This document shows positions 12,490 to 24,900 of a DNA stretch of 64,000 bases, piece after piece; within the stretch, counting starts at the first letter, position 1; each line of letters opens with the position of its first letter. Under the pieces are notes generated by a model that was not told where the DNA came from, did no database searches, and saw only the letters and a program-made list of their open reading frames with translations. Source of the stretch: Eutreptiella sp. 'Long Island Sound 2002' (Eukaryota > Protista > Euglenida). The position numbers and the translations under genes are program-made. Location: positions 41,168,001 through 41,232,000 of the forward strand of contig OZ038378.1 of the NCBI GenBank assembly GCA_964036045.1, in the 5' to 3' direction.

Positions 12490-13175
12490 GGGTATGCCGT
12501 GCACGCATTGCGCACATAGTGCGAAGTTTTGGAGGTCAGCAAATACTCGGACCCTCCTTTTGGCCCCTTTTGACAAGCTCTTCGTTGCATACCGGGGTTT
12601 GTTTAACTTCCTATGCATTTGGCATGTGGCACATTTGAATTGTCACCCTTTGTCACCATTTTTACCCATTTTCCATCCCCCATATTGAACTCTCCTCACT
12701 ATGGAGACCCCGAAAAGGCACGGGTGATGTTGCCAAACATAGCTCGCGGACCTTGAGGAGTTGGTGGTACGGTCTTCATCCCCACCACATCACTGTCCTC
12801 GCTCGCCATCAACATGTGTGCGCGTCCACGCTGAGAATCTCCACCGCCCTCCCCTTCACCCTATTCTCGGTCCCCATCACCCAAGAGACCACGGACAACG
12901 TGCTCCCCGCACTCCGAGTCAAGGGACACCTCATCCCCGCTTCCACTAGTGGAACCATGGGCACCGAAACACTCGAAGCAAGCAGACTTTACAAGACTGA
13001 GTGGTTTCTTCATAGGGACAGTGGAGTACCATTGTTGAAGGCAGTTTCGTTGTTCTCACGTGGGCTTTACTGCTTCGGTGTGCAACCAGTCAGGTGGTGG
13101 GTATTCTTGGGTGAGTATCCTGGCCTCTGCGTGCGCAGTATGCACGCTGTGCCCACACAATGCAACAACTTGGCT
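12490..13175. mobile_element. Family C element copy C3 with foreign internal segment
   Basis: Ends are GGGTATGCCGTGCACGC and TGCAACAACTTGGCT, with perfect TSD AGA (12487-12489 and 13176-13178). Excision restores the frame LALSE|AQEALLAIHL. Confidence 0.82.
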
Positions 13176-13617
13176 AGAGGCACAAGAAGCGCTCTTAGCA
13201 ATTCATCTATCGCATGTGTTACAATTTTTTAGACAACCAAGGAACCTCACACGCCGACAAGAACGCTTCAAGGGCCAACAACACGGAATCCTATGGCATC
13301 AACCGTGGTGTCGCCTACTCCACTGAGTGTAGCAGATAAATTTCGCCCCCCAAGTGCCTTTTGGCCCCACCCACATGAACCGTCATGACTATGTTTTGCT
13401 TGATTGGAACTAACCAGCCAGGGCCTAGGTCAAGCCGAAGGAGTGCCATGCGATGCGGCTAGGGAAGTGCGCATATGGTACCATTTAGCCGGGGCTCACC
13501 TCGACGACAAAGAATAGTGAATTGTGTTGCGATCGGTTTCATGACAGACGGATTCGGATTTACCACAAAAAAACAGACATATTGGCGTCAGTGGTCCCAT
13601 GGCTGTGCGTAACCATG

Positions 13618-13656
13618 TACATAGAATAGTGGAGCACCCCATCCAAGAAGGGGACA
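13618..13656. repeat. ~40-bp dispersed motif, copy 1 of 3
   Basis: TACATAG(A)ATAGTGGAGCACCCCA(A/T)CCAAGAAGGGG(A/G)CA also occurs at 26292-26330 and 55354-55395 with unrelated flanks. Confidence 0.85.
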
Positions 13657-16600
13657 AGGCTATGAATTAAGCGGAGTTGTGCCGGAAAGTGGATGCCTCA
13701 GCGGCCCCTTCCTAAGACAGTCACGCCTTCCAACAACACACGACATCTCTCGATCTCTAGCACCGCAAAGGGGGTCTTGTTTTTCCCCACGACTTGCAGC
13801 TATTGTAATTTTAGACTTAGAAACAAGCGTGTCTGAGGAAGACTGAGGTTGTGCTCTCGCGCCTGACAATCCGGACGTCAAGCCTCGTTCTTCTGACACC
13901 TTTGCTCCACACCACATTGCAATCTATCCCATAACCCCCCCCCCCTTTTCAAAGCACTCAGGGTTTGTTGCTCACTTTCAATCACCCTATTTTGTCAATC
14001 TTGCCTGCAGCCTACCTTTCTTCTCGACCCACATTTGTGGCATTCCCCAGCCGTCAATACCCCCCTTCATGGGGTAGACACTCCCCCCGTGATTCAAGTT
14101 CGGATAAACAACACAAATCTGCGACCCTCGCTCTCACTAGAGGGCTAAATCTGATGAGACCTTGTCTGCCTCTCGTGCCTCCTTCGCACGTACAGATGTT
14201 TGAATTTCCGGTAAATGTAGTCCTTTTGTTGCGGGCATGCATGTGGCAAGGTTGTCTTAGGAGGTCGCAACCACCATGTCTTTTCACGCGGGGCCTCGCA
14301 CGTGCCGTTGGGAGAACCCGAGTGTTCCCTGGCTGGCAGTGGGGCACGAGCACCTCTTGGGGGCACCACCACCGACCCCTGGCGCCTCGGCCGCAATCTA
14401 GTGTGCGTTGACAGCAACTGCACCTGTGGCGGCGGCCCCAATCGCAATGCCTATCCATGACCCATTGCGTCTCTGGGGGCCTTTGGTTGGCTCTTGGGCC
14501 GACGAAGTGTTTGCAGACGAGGCGGCCCCTGCTACCACTCACATGCAAACCTTTTCGTGGTTCGGGGGCTCTTGGGGACGCATGCCCCTAGAATAGGGCC
14601 ATAGGGGGTGATGCTGCGACCGCTCTGTCGCATGCTGTGGTCACGACAGCCGCTGGCGGGGATGTTGCGAGCGCACCCGTAACACCAGCTGCTGGGGGCG
14701 CAATGGCAAAAAATCACTTTAAAAGGGAGGGTGGCCGCCAAACAGGCAGCAGAAGACGGTGCAGCTGCATTGCAAGTCGTCGTATGCCCGGTTGCTTCGG
14801 GCCACACCTCGGCACGAGGCTTGCGAGGTGGGAGCTTGGGAGCCGGGGCAGATGCAGCCATCTCAAACCGGGCCCCCGGACTTCCTAGATTTCGGCTTGC
14901 TCAATTTTATTTTTGGCTGCCCGTACGTGGTCATGGCTTCTGTAGGGCATCATTGTCCCCCGGCGTGCCCCTACACACCCCTATACCCCTCCAGCTGGCG
15001 TGCCAAGACATTTTGCAACAAGAGGGGTAAATAGGCAGCTTCATAGCCCAGTATCCGCTTGCATTGCTGGAGGTCGAGCACTCCGCTTTAGCCTCGTGCT
15101 GCCAGCCGGCCAGCCTGTGCTCCGCTAGATGAATCTCTATTTAGCCCGTCAACCCGCCCCCGCAGACCCTGAGGGCAAGGACAAGGAGTGCCTTGCCGCT
15201 GCCGGAGCTACGAGGGGCTTTGCACGCAGGCCCCGCAGGATTCCCCAATGGGGGGGGGGGGCATGCCCCCCGCCGCGAAGAACATCGGGTCCGCCTCCGT
15301 GCTCTACCCTACTAGGGCGGGGATAGGGTGACCGGCAGGGTGTGTACAAGTGCACCCCGGCGGGGACAGGGGGTTAGGACCAAGGCCTCGTCCACCCTTG
15401 CCTGGCATGTGACGGGCATGGCAATGCAGCTAAGGACCGCGGAGAAGGCAGGGAACGCAACCTCACCCTGCCCCGGTCATAGTAGGGAGGCAAGCTACAG
15501 GCCTCGGCTTGTGGCCGGCCCCGAGGAGCACTTGGGGGGGGGGGGGGGCAGGAGATCACAGCTTTTCTTTGCCCAAGGCAGGGATGAGGGTCTTTCGGCC
15601 AACAAGGGATGGAACGCGTCCCATGGAGCACAGCTGAGGGCGCTACCGTGGGCAGAGGGGCTGACTAGGGAAGGGTGCAGGGCACTAGCCAAGGCGCACG
15701 GGAGGGCGAGCTTGGAAGACACCTAGTGCCAACCCGCTCATCCTGCTCTGCCGCCATACTCCATACGTGGAGGACCTTCATGGGGGAGGGGGCGCCACAA
15801 CGCTCATCGGCCCCGTGTTCTCGCCCGTCAACCCTTGTACATAGGCCTACAGACATAAAAAGGACTCGTACTCATTTTCTAGGCAATGTAAATGGGTTAA
15901 CTCGTATTTTGGTTTGCGCCTTTTTGTTTTCATTTATTTTTGCCATGCTTTTGGTCACACATAAAAAGTAGCATGCTCACGTTGATTGAGAGCGGAAGCA
16001 GTACTTGATTACAGTGGTGCTGGGAGGTAGGATATGCAATAATCTAATGTGTCATGTAGGTTTTTCCGCAGCGGGCGCCTAGAGCAACCATATCTTTCAT
16101 ACACGCGAGAATTTCGTGGTTTGATATCTCGGAACTGCCTTGCATGTTGTACGTCGTTGACTACCCGAACCCTAGTTTTGGCCCTTTTTGCGGAGATTCA
16201 TTGTTCTATAATAGGGGTTTTTCAGGTTATTATGCATTCCGTGCATGACGTATTTGCATTATTATCCCTTTTCACCCCATGTTCACCTATTTGTACCCAT
16301 TTTCACCCGCTTGCCATTCAGGTAGAATTGAGGACAATCGGCACAACAACATTCTTTGTCGGGGTTCCGAAAAGTTGAGCGGAGATGTGAGATGGACACC
16401 AGAGTTCGTGTGTCACCCAAGTCTTAAACCCCTCACACACATGCAGTCACCATCAATTACGTACTATGACATTATGAATAGTATGGCCGAGGGCTTGGGT
16501 GAGACTTGGGGTTAAGGCACGTGGGGGGCGACTCCATAGGTCCTAGGACGCCAGCTACCCCCCCCCCCCCCCACGCCAAGGGGCTTTCGCCCGCCAGTTA

Positions 16601-16699
16601 ATTGCCAAAGGTGTCTTCTCAGGCGTCCATGTGCCAAAGGTGCCCCACGCTCCATGCACACCATCGGTGCCCCAAGCAACGTTTTGTCCACTTTGCACC

Positions 16700-16802
16700 C
16701 CAACACTATCCTTAAACCCAACCTTGACTCTAACGCCCACCCCGACCCTCAGCCTACTACTCCTAACCCAACACCTAACCCTACCCCTGCCCCTAACCCA
16801 AA
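16700..16802. repeat. Degenerate telomere-like (CCCTAA)n tract
   Basis: CCTAACCCAACACCTAACCCTACCCCTGCCCCTAACCC with 6-nt periodicity. Similar tracts at 21625-21660 and about 42785-42830. Confidence 0.6.
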
Positions 16803-17431
16803 CCGCAATTGCATATTGGGACCGAGGTCGTGGGGGAAGGATCATCGTCTAGGAGACTTCAACGACAAATGAGGTAGGCATTGGAAAGTGGATGAGAGCT
16901 GCTCAAAAGGGGCTCAAGATGAGCTGTATTCATCCGTTTGGGCACCACTACTGGACTTGGATCCTTTTTGGAAAACCATGGTTTTGACCTGTTTTTAAGC
17001 CATTTGTGGTCCAAAGTGCCCCATTTTCAAGGCTTCGGCCTTGAGAGGGGCCCAAATTGCCCAGCATGGGCTCAAAATGGGCTCATTCAACTATTGTGTG
17101 CAACACGAATTATCCGAAGTATATTTGAAAAAACATTTTTTTCATCTTTTTTTGACTAATTGTAGGCCCCAAAACAGCCCATCTTCAAGCCCTTGCCAGG
17201 TCTAACTCGAGCTTCTCCTCCCCAGTGGGACGCCAACCCTCTACCTCATGCACTGAGAGGGGGACCCCCCAGGGAGACGGCCCCGCTCCCCAGCACGTAG
17301 GCTATTCTACCAAAGAGGCACTAACTGCAACCCCGCGACCTCCTGTAGTTAAAAGTGCGACTGCCAGTTGTTGCCAGAATGCCTCATGAGCTCGTGGTGC
17401 GTTGTGAGGTTTGTCCCTGGCGCAGAGGTGC

Positions 17432-17503
17432 ATAGACGTTGCGCTCTAGTTGGTCGTGCACTCTTCTTCAATCCCACGGGGGGTGGTTCGAACCCCGGGG
17501 AGG
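17432..17503 (+). pseudogene. tRNA-derived unit (pseudo-tRNA or SINE head)
   Basis: A-box-like TTGCGCTCTAGTTGG and perfect B-box GGTTCGAACCC (17484-17494). Stems are incomplete. Confidence 0.5.
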
Positions 17504-17808
17504 ACATGGATCCACCGAACGATCCGCGTCTCCAGAGGCTGTTGTTTTTCGATTTTCAGGATCACAGGCCACGTTTTCGCGTCGCTTATGAGTAGTGAGA
17601 TGCGAGCATACCTGAAAGTGCACGGGGGCCCGGCCCCACAGTGCGCTCCGTCATCGCGGCCCGTCGCGGACCGTGCAAGCGACAACGCCCACCGCCCCAT
17701 GAAGAGCTGTTCTTCTTGGTATACTAATAGAGCGCGACCGCAAAACGCCACAGGTGGTATTTTCCATTGTAAGGAGGTGGTCTGTGTTTCAGGTTTTTTT
17801 ACCACATC

Positions 17809-17880
17809 GGTAGCGTAGCATACTGGAAGTGCACGGGGGCTTCGTCCCGGAGGGCGTAGGTTCGATGCCTAGCGTGGAGA
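17809..17880 (+). pseudogene. tRNA-like pseudogene, possibly Arg(TCG)-derived
   Basis: A-box TAGCATACTGG, D stem GCAT/GTGC, anticodon-like loop CT-TCG-TC, T arm GTAGG-TTCGATG-CCTAG. Acceptor stem is poor. Confidence 0.55.
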
Positions 17881-19433
17881 CAATGGCACCAACGGCCCCC
17901 TCTTGCTTTTCTTGATTGAGCCGAACACTCTAACGGGACACGTGCGGGTGTGTGGAGAAGTGCACGATAATGGACACATCGTCGTGGCACTACACTGGAC
18001 AACCACCCGGCCCTGCGTTCCCTGGGGGTAGGTTCCAATTTTGGGGGCTCATAGTGGGTGGGTTTGGCGACACAGTCCATGGATATCTCCCTCCTGTCAA
18101 CCACTTTGTTTTGCACTTATTTTGATCCTCGGAGACAAAGGACACCATCTCTTCCTTTCTTGCAGTTTTTCCTCGATCCTTCAGGTGGTACACCGGGGGT
18201 GACGGCCGTCGATAGGTTATGGCTTCGCCTTGTTTTTGTTTGTACTGTCTTTCTTGTCTGCTATTTTGTCAGGTTCATGAAGGTCCTGGTCGGTGCCACG
18301 CAGTTCTTATGGTGTACATATCGTGCTCTATCTTAGCAACTGGATGTAGCATAGCAGTTTGATTGTGTGCTGACTCTTGGAACATTGCCTCGAATTGCCT
18401 GGGCGGGGGCATCCAGGATCTGTTACTGACCATCATTGAGCCATTTTCAAGGCATTTTGTGATTTTGCGGTGGCCAAAATGGCTTGCAATGGGGTCAAAA
18501 TGGACTCATTTCACTTGTTTGTGCACCCCAAATGGTGTAGGACCATTTTTGGAAAAACTCATTTTTGACCCATTGTTGGTCACAAAAAAGCCATTTTCAA
18601 GGCATTTCATTACTTTGGAGGGGCCAAAATGGTTTGTAATGCTCCCAGAAGTGCCTCACCTCTTTTTTTGTAGGCACCCCAAATGGTCTACACCTTTCTT
18701 TTGGAAAAACACATTTTTGACCCATTTTTGCCCTTCTTTTTGTCCCCAAAATAGCCCATTTTCAAGGCATTGTGGGCTTTTAGGAGGGCCATAACGGGCC
18801 ACCACATGCTCAAAACGTGCCAACAACACTTGTTTTGGCATTCCATGTGGTCCACAACCATTTTTGAAAAAAATTCTTGCGGCCGGTGGACCTTGTTGAC
18901 CCATTTTGGCGCCCACCTCCTTGGACTACCTCTTGTAGCTTGCCGCAGCCCACTAGGCCTAGGGACGGGGGTCTAGGTGTCGGTTAGGGCAATTTTGAGG
19001 GGTGGAAACCACCAAAAGTGGGTAGTTGCGGGTGCAGTTGGTATGCTAGAAAGCCCGTACGAGCCACGGAGCCCAAAATGTGGTTTGTTTTTGGTTTGGG
19101 GTTGTGGGCGGCCCATGTGCACCTGTTGTTTGACACTTTAGGTTTGGCAAGGATACAGGGGGACAAGTAGGGGGAGGCAGCAAGACGGAACAGTTCGCAG
19201 GGAGAGCAGGCCACCATAGAGCCAGCACTTATGCACCTGTGATTGTACATAATGAACTGCATACAACTCATGAACTGTGCAGTGGCTACGATCCCAGCTT
19301 TGAGGGGCTGAGGGGAGCGTTTGAAAACCTCGAATGAGACCAATGTGCACAAGTTTTGGGGTCTTTGCGGCCCTTTTCAGGGCAGTTTGCAGACATGTTG
19401 TTGAGTTAGAGGTCCCTAGAGGGCCCTTTAGCA

Positions 19434-19791
19434 CAGGGCGGTCCTTAAGGGAGTAGATTTGGTTTTATTAAGGACCGCCCTTAAAGACAGCCCCCAGGGA
19501 CCACCAACCGCTAACCTGCAACTGCCATTGACCGCCAACCGCCACAAGCCGCTAACCGCCAACCGCGACCAACCGCCAACCGTCAACCGCTGCCAAGCGC
19601 CACCAACCACCCATCACCAAGTGCCAACCGCCGCCCGCCGCCGCCAACCGTCGCCAACCACCAACCGGCAATCTCCACCAACCGCCAACCGCCAACCGCC
19701 ATTAACCATTATTGAACATATGAGCTACACACGGTCGTTTTTGAAAAATACCATGTTCCGGAACAGTTTTTTTTTGTTAAGGACGGCCGTG
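19434..19791. mobile_element. hAT-type MITE with internal (AACCGCC)n minisatellite
   Basis: TIR CAGGGCGGTCCTTAA / TTAAGGACGGCCGTG (13 of 15 match). 8-bp TSD CTTTAGCA/CTTCAGCA. The equivalent site in the next family D copy (about 21210) is empty. Confidence 0.88.
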
Positions 19792-21974
19792 CTTCAGCAC
19801 GGGTAAGTCTTGCTGTATGTGTAGAGCAGCCACTATTTTTCTTCATTTTATCGTCTTCAGCAGGTTGTAGGGCGGTTTTGGGGACAAAAAGGCAAATTTT
19901 GGCCTCAAATGGCACGTTACGAAATGGAGATCGCGCACTTGTGATGCTCAATCCCGGCCGTCACCGTTCATTTTGTGGCTCATACTTTGTGTGTTTCTCC
20001 CTCACACCCATAGGTAGCATCCACCAAAATTGTGGTTGATTTCGAAGCACCATGACGGAGTTGTGATTTTTCCACATTTCGCGCGTGCTTGCTGCCTGCT
20101 TGCTGCCTGATGCTTGCTGCCTGCTGCTTGCTGCTTGCTGTCTTGCTGCTTGCTACTTGTCAAACCTGTTAGGTCCACCTTGGACAAAAGGATGGTCATT
20201 CAACCCGGACTAGTTCCACCAGCTCGGTGACCCTAACGAGCATTGAAAATTGCGACCGAGATGGTGGGGGAAGGAACATTGTCTAGGAAAATTTCAACGA
20301 CAAATGAGGTACGCACCGGAAAGTGGATGAGAGTGGCTCAAAAGGGGCTCAAAATGAGCTGTATTATTCCGTTTGGGCACCACAACTAGACTACCATCAT
20401 TTTTTGAAAACCATGATTTTTACCCGTTGTTGAGCCATTTGTAGTCCAAAATGGCCCATTTTCAAGGCCTTTTCGGCTTTGAGAGGGGCCAAAATTGCTC
20501 CACTTGGGCTCAAAATGGGCCATTCAACTAGTTTCTGCACTCCAAAGAATCCAAAAGTATCTTTGCAGACGCACATTTTTGACCCATTTTGGGCACATTC
20601 TTTTGATCTCAAAGCAACCCATTTTCTCGGCATTTTGTGACTTTGGAGGTGCGAAAATAGCGCGCAATGGGCTCAAAAAGGGCCCATTTCACTTGTTGGT
20701 GCACCCCAAATGGTCTAGGATCATTTTTGGAAAATTTTTTGACCCATTTTTGTTTTAAACCGGCCCTCTTTCAAGGCATCTTGGGATTTTACAAGGGCCA
20801 AAACGGGACACCACGAGTTCAAAACGCACCAAAACCACTTCTTTTGGCATTCCATGTGGTCCATGGTTATTTTTTGAAAAGAGTCATTTTTTGCGCCCGC
20901 TCGACCTTGTTGGGCAATTTGGCAACCACCTCTGTGGGCTACCTCTTGTAGCTTGCCGCAGCCCACTGGGCCTAGGTATGGGGTTGAGACGTCGGTTAGC
21001 GAAATTTTGAGGGGTTGAAACCACCAAAGGTGAGTGGTTGAGGGTGGATTAGGTGCGTTACATATCGCGTTTGGAGCCAGGGAGCACAAGATGTGTTTTG
21101 TTTTTGGTGTGGGGCTCTCGGCGGCCCATGTGCACGCAGTCTTGGCTCTTTGGGGGCTTTTGGGGGGCGGTTGCGGACATGTTGTTGAGTTAGCGGGCCC
21201 TCGAGGCCTCTTTGGCACAGGGAAGTAGTTGCACATGTAGAGTCGCCACTATTTCCCTTCATTTTGCCGTTTTCGGCAAGTTTCAAGGGGATTTGGCCCC
21301 CCCCAAAAAAGGCTGATTTTGGCCGTGAAACGCACATTTTGAAAGGAAGGTGCAGCACTTGCGACATTCGTTTCCAGCCGCCACCGTTGAGTTTCTTACT
21401 CATACTTTGTGTGGTTGTCCATCACACTCATAGCTAGCATCCACGAAAATTTTGGCTGAATCCGAAGCACCATGACGGAGCTGTGATTTTTCCTCATTTG
21501 GCGTGTGCTTGCTGCTTGCCGTTTGCTTGCCTGGCTACTTGCTTGATGCTTGCCAAACCTATTGGGTGCCCCGTACACACTAAAGCTGGTTATAAAAAAA
21601 CAAGGCTAGTTCCACCAACCTGGTCACCCTAGCCCTAACCCTAGCCCTAGCTCTCACCCTGGCCTAGGGTCAATGTGAGTGTTGGGGTCCAAAATGGAGA
21701 GCAATGATGTTGCAATAGCAACCATGAACATACTTTTTGGGATCTTGTTCAGCCCAATCAACATGGCCAACATGGCCACACGAGCTGGTTGCAAAGCTTA
21801 GGGTTAGGTTTATGGTGATGGGATGGTTAGAGGGAGGGCCGGAGGGGGGGGGGGTGCCCCCCCCCCCCCCCACCCCAAATCGCCCCACTTGGACCCTCCC
21901 CAACCGCCCCGCCGCGTGGCTGGCCGGCCGCAATACCGCGTGTGCGTGGGGCCCCTCTTCGCAGGGGGGGCTCG

Positions 21975-24900
21975 GTCACCCTGGTGCCCGCTTGCTGAAC
22001 GGGTCCCAAGTCCACGAGCATGCTCAAGAGCACAGCCTCTGCGTGCTTGTAGAGCCCGCCAAGGCTGCGGTGCTAGCGGCCGTCAATTGCACCTACTGCC
22101 GGCCCTGCCCGCAGCTCGACGCCGGGCAGTCTTGGGCGACGCCTCCGCCTTCCTGCGCACGGCGGGGACCAGTGTCAAGGTCGTGGCTGGCGACCTCAAC
22201 AAGGCGCAGGGCCCGCGCGAGAGAGGGTGGCTCTCCAAGGCCTTGGGCTGGAAAGGCCCGCTACCCGAGTTTCGCGGTCCGTACCGGCCGGGCGACCCGA
22301 CGAATGTCTTCTGGCACGTGGTGCGCCCCCTCCGAGCGGGAGCTTGACTGGATCCTCATGGGACCGCATATCCCGTGCGTGCAAGCTTAAAAGGTCCTAC
22401 TGCCCGGTCTCAGCACCCGCCGGATGGTGCATTGCGACCTGGGGTTCGCGGAGCGCGTCTTCGCCGCAACGGACCATCACCCGGGGTACCCCGGTGAGCA
22501 TGAAGCCCACGGACTGCAGCGGAAGCGGGCCCAGTGTCGTGGGCAGAGTCCTTGGCGCAAACTGCAGCCGGCGGTGCACAGAACGAGGTAGTATACCTTC
22601 AGCTTTCCCATCTGCACCGAGCCGTAGGCTGGCGCGCACGTGACCGCGCAGATGCCCCATCAGCCAGGCAAGGCCCGAACCCGTGAGGGCGAAGTGGCGG
22701 CGGTCGTCGCTGCACGCAACCTCGGGAAGGAAGCCGTGGGGGGCGGCAGGCTGCCGCGGGACATAGGTCGCCGGGTCTGGCGCGCTAGGTCACCGGTTCT
22801 CGGGGTACATGCCCCGCGGACAGCGTGCCGGAGGTACTCCGTCCGTTTCTCCAAGAAGTACCCCACGCCCTGCTTGTCGCCCTGGACCCCAACATGGCAC
22901 AGTTTGTATGGGCCCGCCTGGCCGTACGGGGAGGCTACCCACACGTCGAGCCCGTCGTACAAGTTGTGAAGCCGGGGCGACAGAGACTCCTCAGGGACCT
23001 CGTGATCCCGGACCCCCGCTGCCGCGGGGTTTGGGTTGCACAAGGCATTCGCCTTATTCCAGTCGTCCAAGCAGACCGCTCCATGCTGGATTGCCGAGCC
23101 GGCCAACAGCCAACGGCAGGCTAGGGCCACGGTCCGGCATGCCAATTGCCGCCCATAGGCCAAGTGCTCCGGGGGCACACCGCACCTGAGCTCCCGGCGG
23201 GTCACCGGGCGCCCCTGCACGACGCCCGTCTCCAGCCGCCAGAGGTAGGGCTCCAGCATGACGGGCCGGCTGTTGCCCACCAGCCACGCTGGGAGCTTCT
23301 TGGCGAGGCAGAGGTGGAGGACGGCCGAGAGCAGGCGGCCGGGGCTCCGTCAAGCCAGGGCAGGTCGTCTGTGGGATCAGCCGGATGCACGGGGGCCTAG
23401 AGGCGCGAGAGGTTCAGGGGGAGGCCCGCGTGGCCGCAGTGAAGGTCCGGGGCCTGGCGGAAAAGCTCCTCGTGGAAGGCCTCCGGCGTGCACGGGAAGC
23501 AGACGCGGTCGGGGCTGACCTCAGTGAGGAGGCGGAACTTGGGCGGCCGGAGGCGCAACGCGCGCCCTGTTTGGGACGTTAGGGCCACCCATTGCAGCTT
23601 GGCCGTCTCCATGCGGAGGAGGGCACCGTACGCCGCGTCTTGGCGCTCCAGCCACAAAGCTTGCACCATGTCCGCTGTCGCTGACCCGACGCCCGCATCA
23701 AGTTCCTGGGCCGCCCGCAGGACGTGACGATCCGGGTGGTGCCAAGAGTCCTACTAGGAGGGCAAGAGGCCTTCCAAGGTGGCCCACACCGCCTGGACTG
23801 CTCCATCCGGGTTCACGCGGGCGTGGGCTAACCACCACAGGGCCAGCGAGGCTGCCGCCGCCGCGGGCGCTTGCTGCTCCGGGCTGAGGCGACCACCTGC
23901 GCTCACAGATCGCCAAGGCGGAGACAAGCCTGGCGAAAATAGAGTGTGTGCTTTAACGCTTACGCCCAGCCCACGTGCTCGTCCTTCTCATCGTCCTCGC
24001 GTACGTAATCTCAGGTGCGGACTATGTCTACGAGGCCATGTAGCCGTGCCCGACGCGCCTTCGCCGCACACAGAGGGTAGTGGATAGGGTCTTGACTAGG
24101 GCGCCGCGGGTGCCACGGAACGTGCCCAGGGCCTTACCGTGGATGCAAGTTGCAGGCGGAGGCTTCAGCTTCCCCCATTTGTCCCACCGGATGCGCCTCC
24201 GGCATGTTCTGGGGTTTCTCGGGGCCATGGATTCGCGCAGCGTACTGGTTCAGGAGAACGTCCGCGCCCTCCGCCACCGAGACCAACGGACGGGCACAGA
24301 TGGCCCGGACCAGGGTCGCCTACTCCACACCATGGCGCAAAGCCACTTGAAGGTGCACGTTCTCCCGGCGGCAACTGCGCAGCCAGCGGCTGTGTTCATC
24401 CACGTGTACAGACCATACGAGTCTGGGAGGGGGGGGGGCAATGGAGGTCACGCGGGACAGCGACACCCTGGGATGGGGCGCGCTCGTGGGGGACACCACG
24501 AGGGTCTTTGCATCCGTCGTCGCAGGGGTTCACACGGTGGCTGCCAGCCCATGGGCCGCTCAGTGGGCGGGCAAGCTGAAGGCGTGGCGCCTTGCCGAGA
24601 CGTTGGGTGTAGTCCCCACGGCGGTCCAGTATGTAGGGGCAGAATGCACCTCCGCCACCCTCGGCGGTGACGGGGGTGTCCCCTCCTAATCCCCCGGCTG
24701 GACAGGTTCACGGTCACCTTCGCCGAGGCCACGGGGCGCAGACGGCTCGACCTGTACGTGCCACTTCAGCACAACACCTAGTGGTCAGGCCTCCTGTCGG
24801 ACCTCCAAGGGGGCTCACGACTTGACGGCGGTGGGCATGGGCATGGCGCGCGAGTGCATGTACCCGCTGCCGAGCGCACTGGACGGGACGGCCCAGCTAG

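Larger units (their letters stand above)
16833..21640. repeat. Family D long complex repeat: partial copy 16833-17200 and tandem copies 18430-20260 and 20265-21640
   Basis: 16833-17200 aligns with 20265-20620. Internal ~150-165-bp subrepeats are marked by CCATTTTCAAGGC and GCACCCCAAATGG. Both long copies end in a (TGCT/TGC)n microsatellite followed by CTAGTTCCACCA...GGT(G/C)ACCCTA. Confidence 0.85.

Noticed and set aside
14148-14185. Hammerhead ribozyme core CTGATGAG (also at about 44998)
   Set aside because: No GAAA after a stem II and no closing stems.
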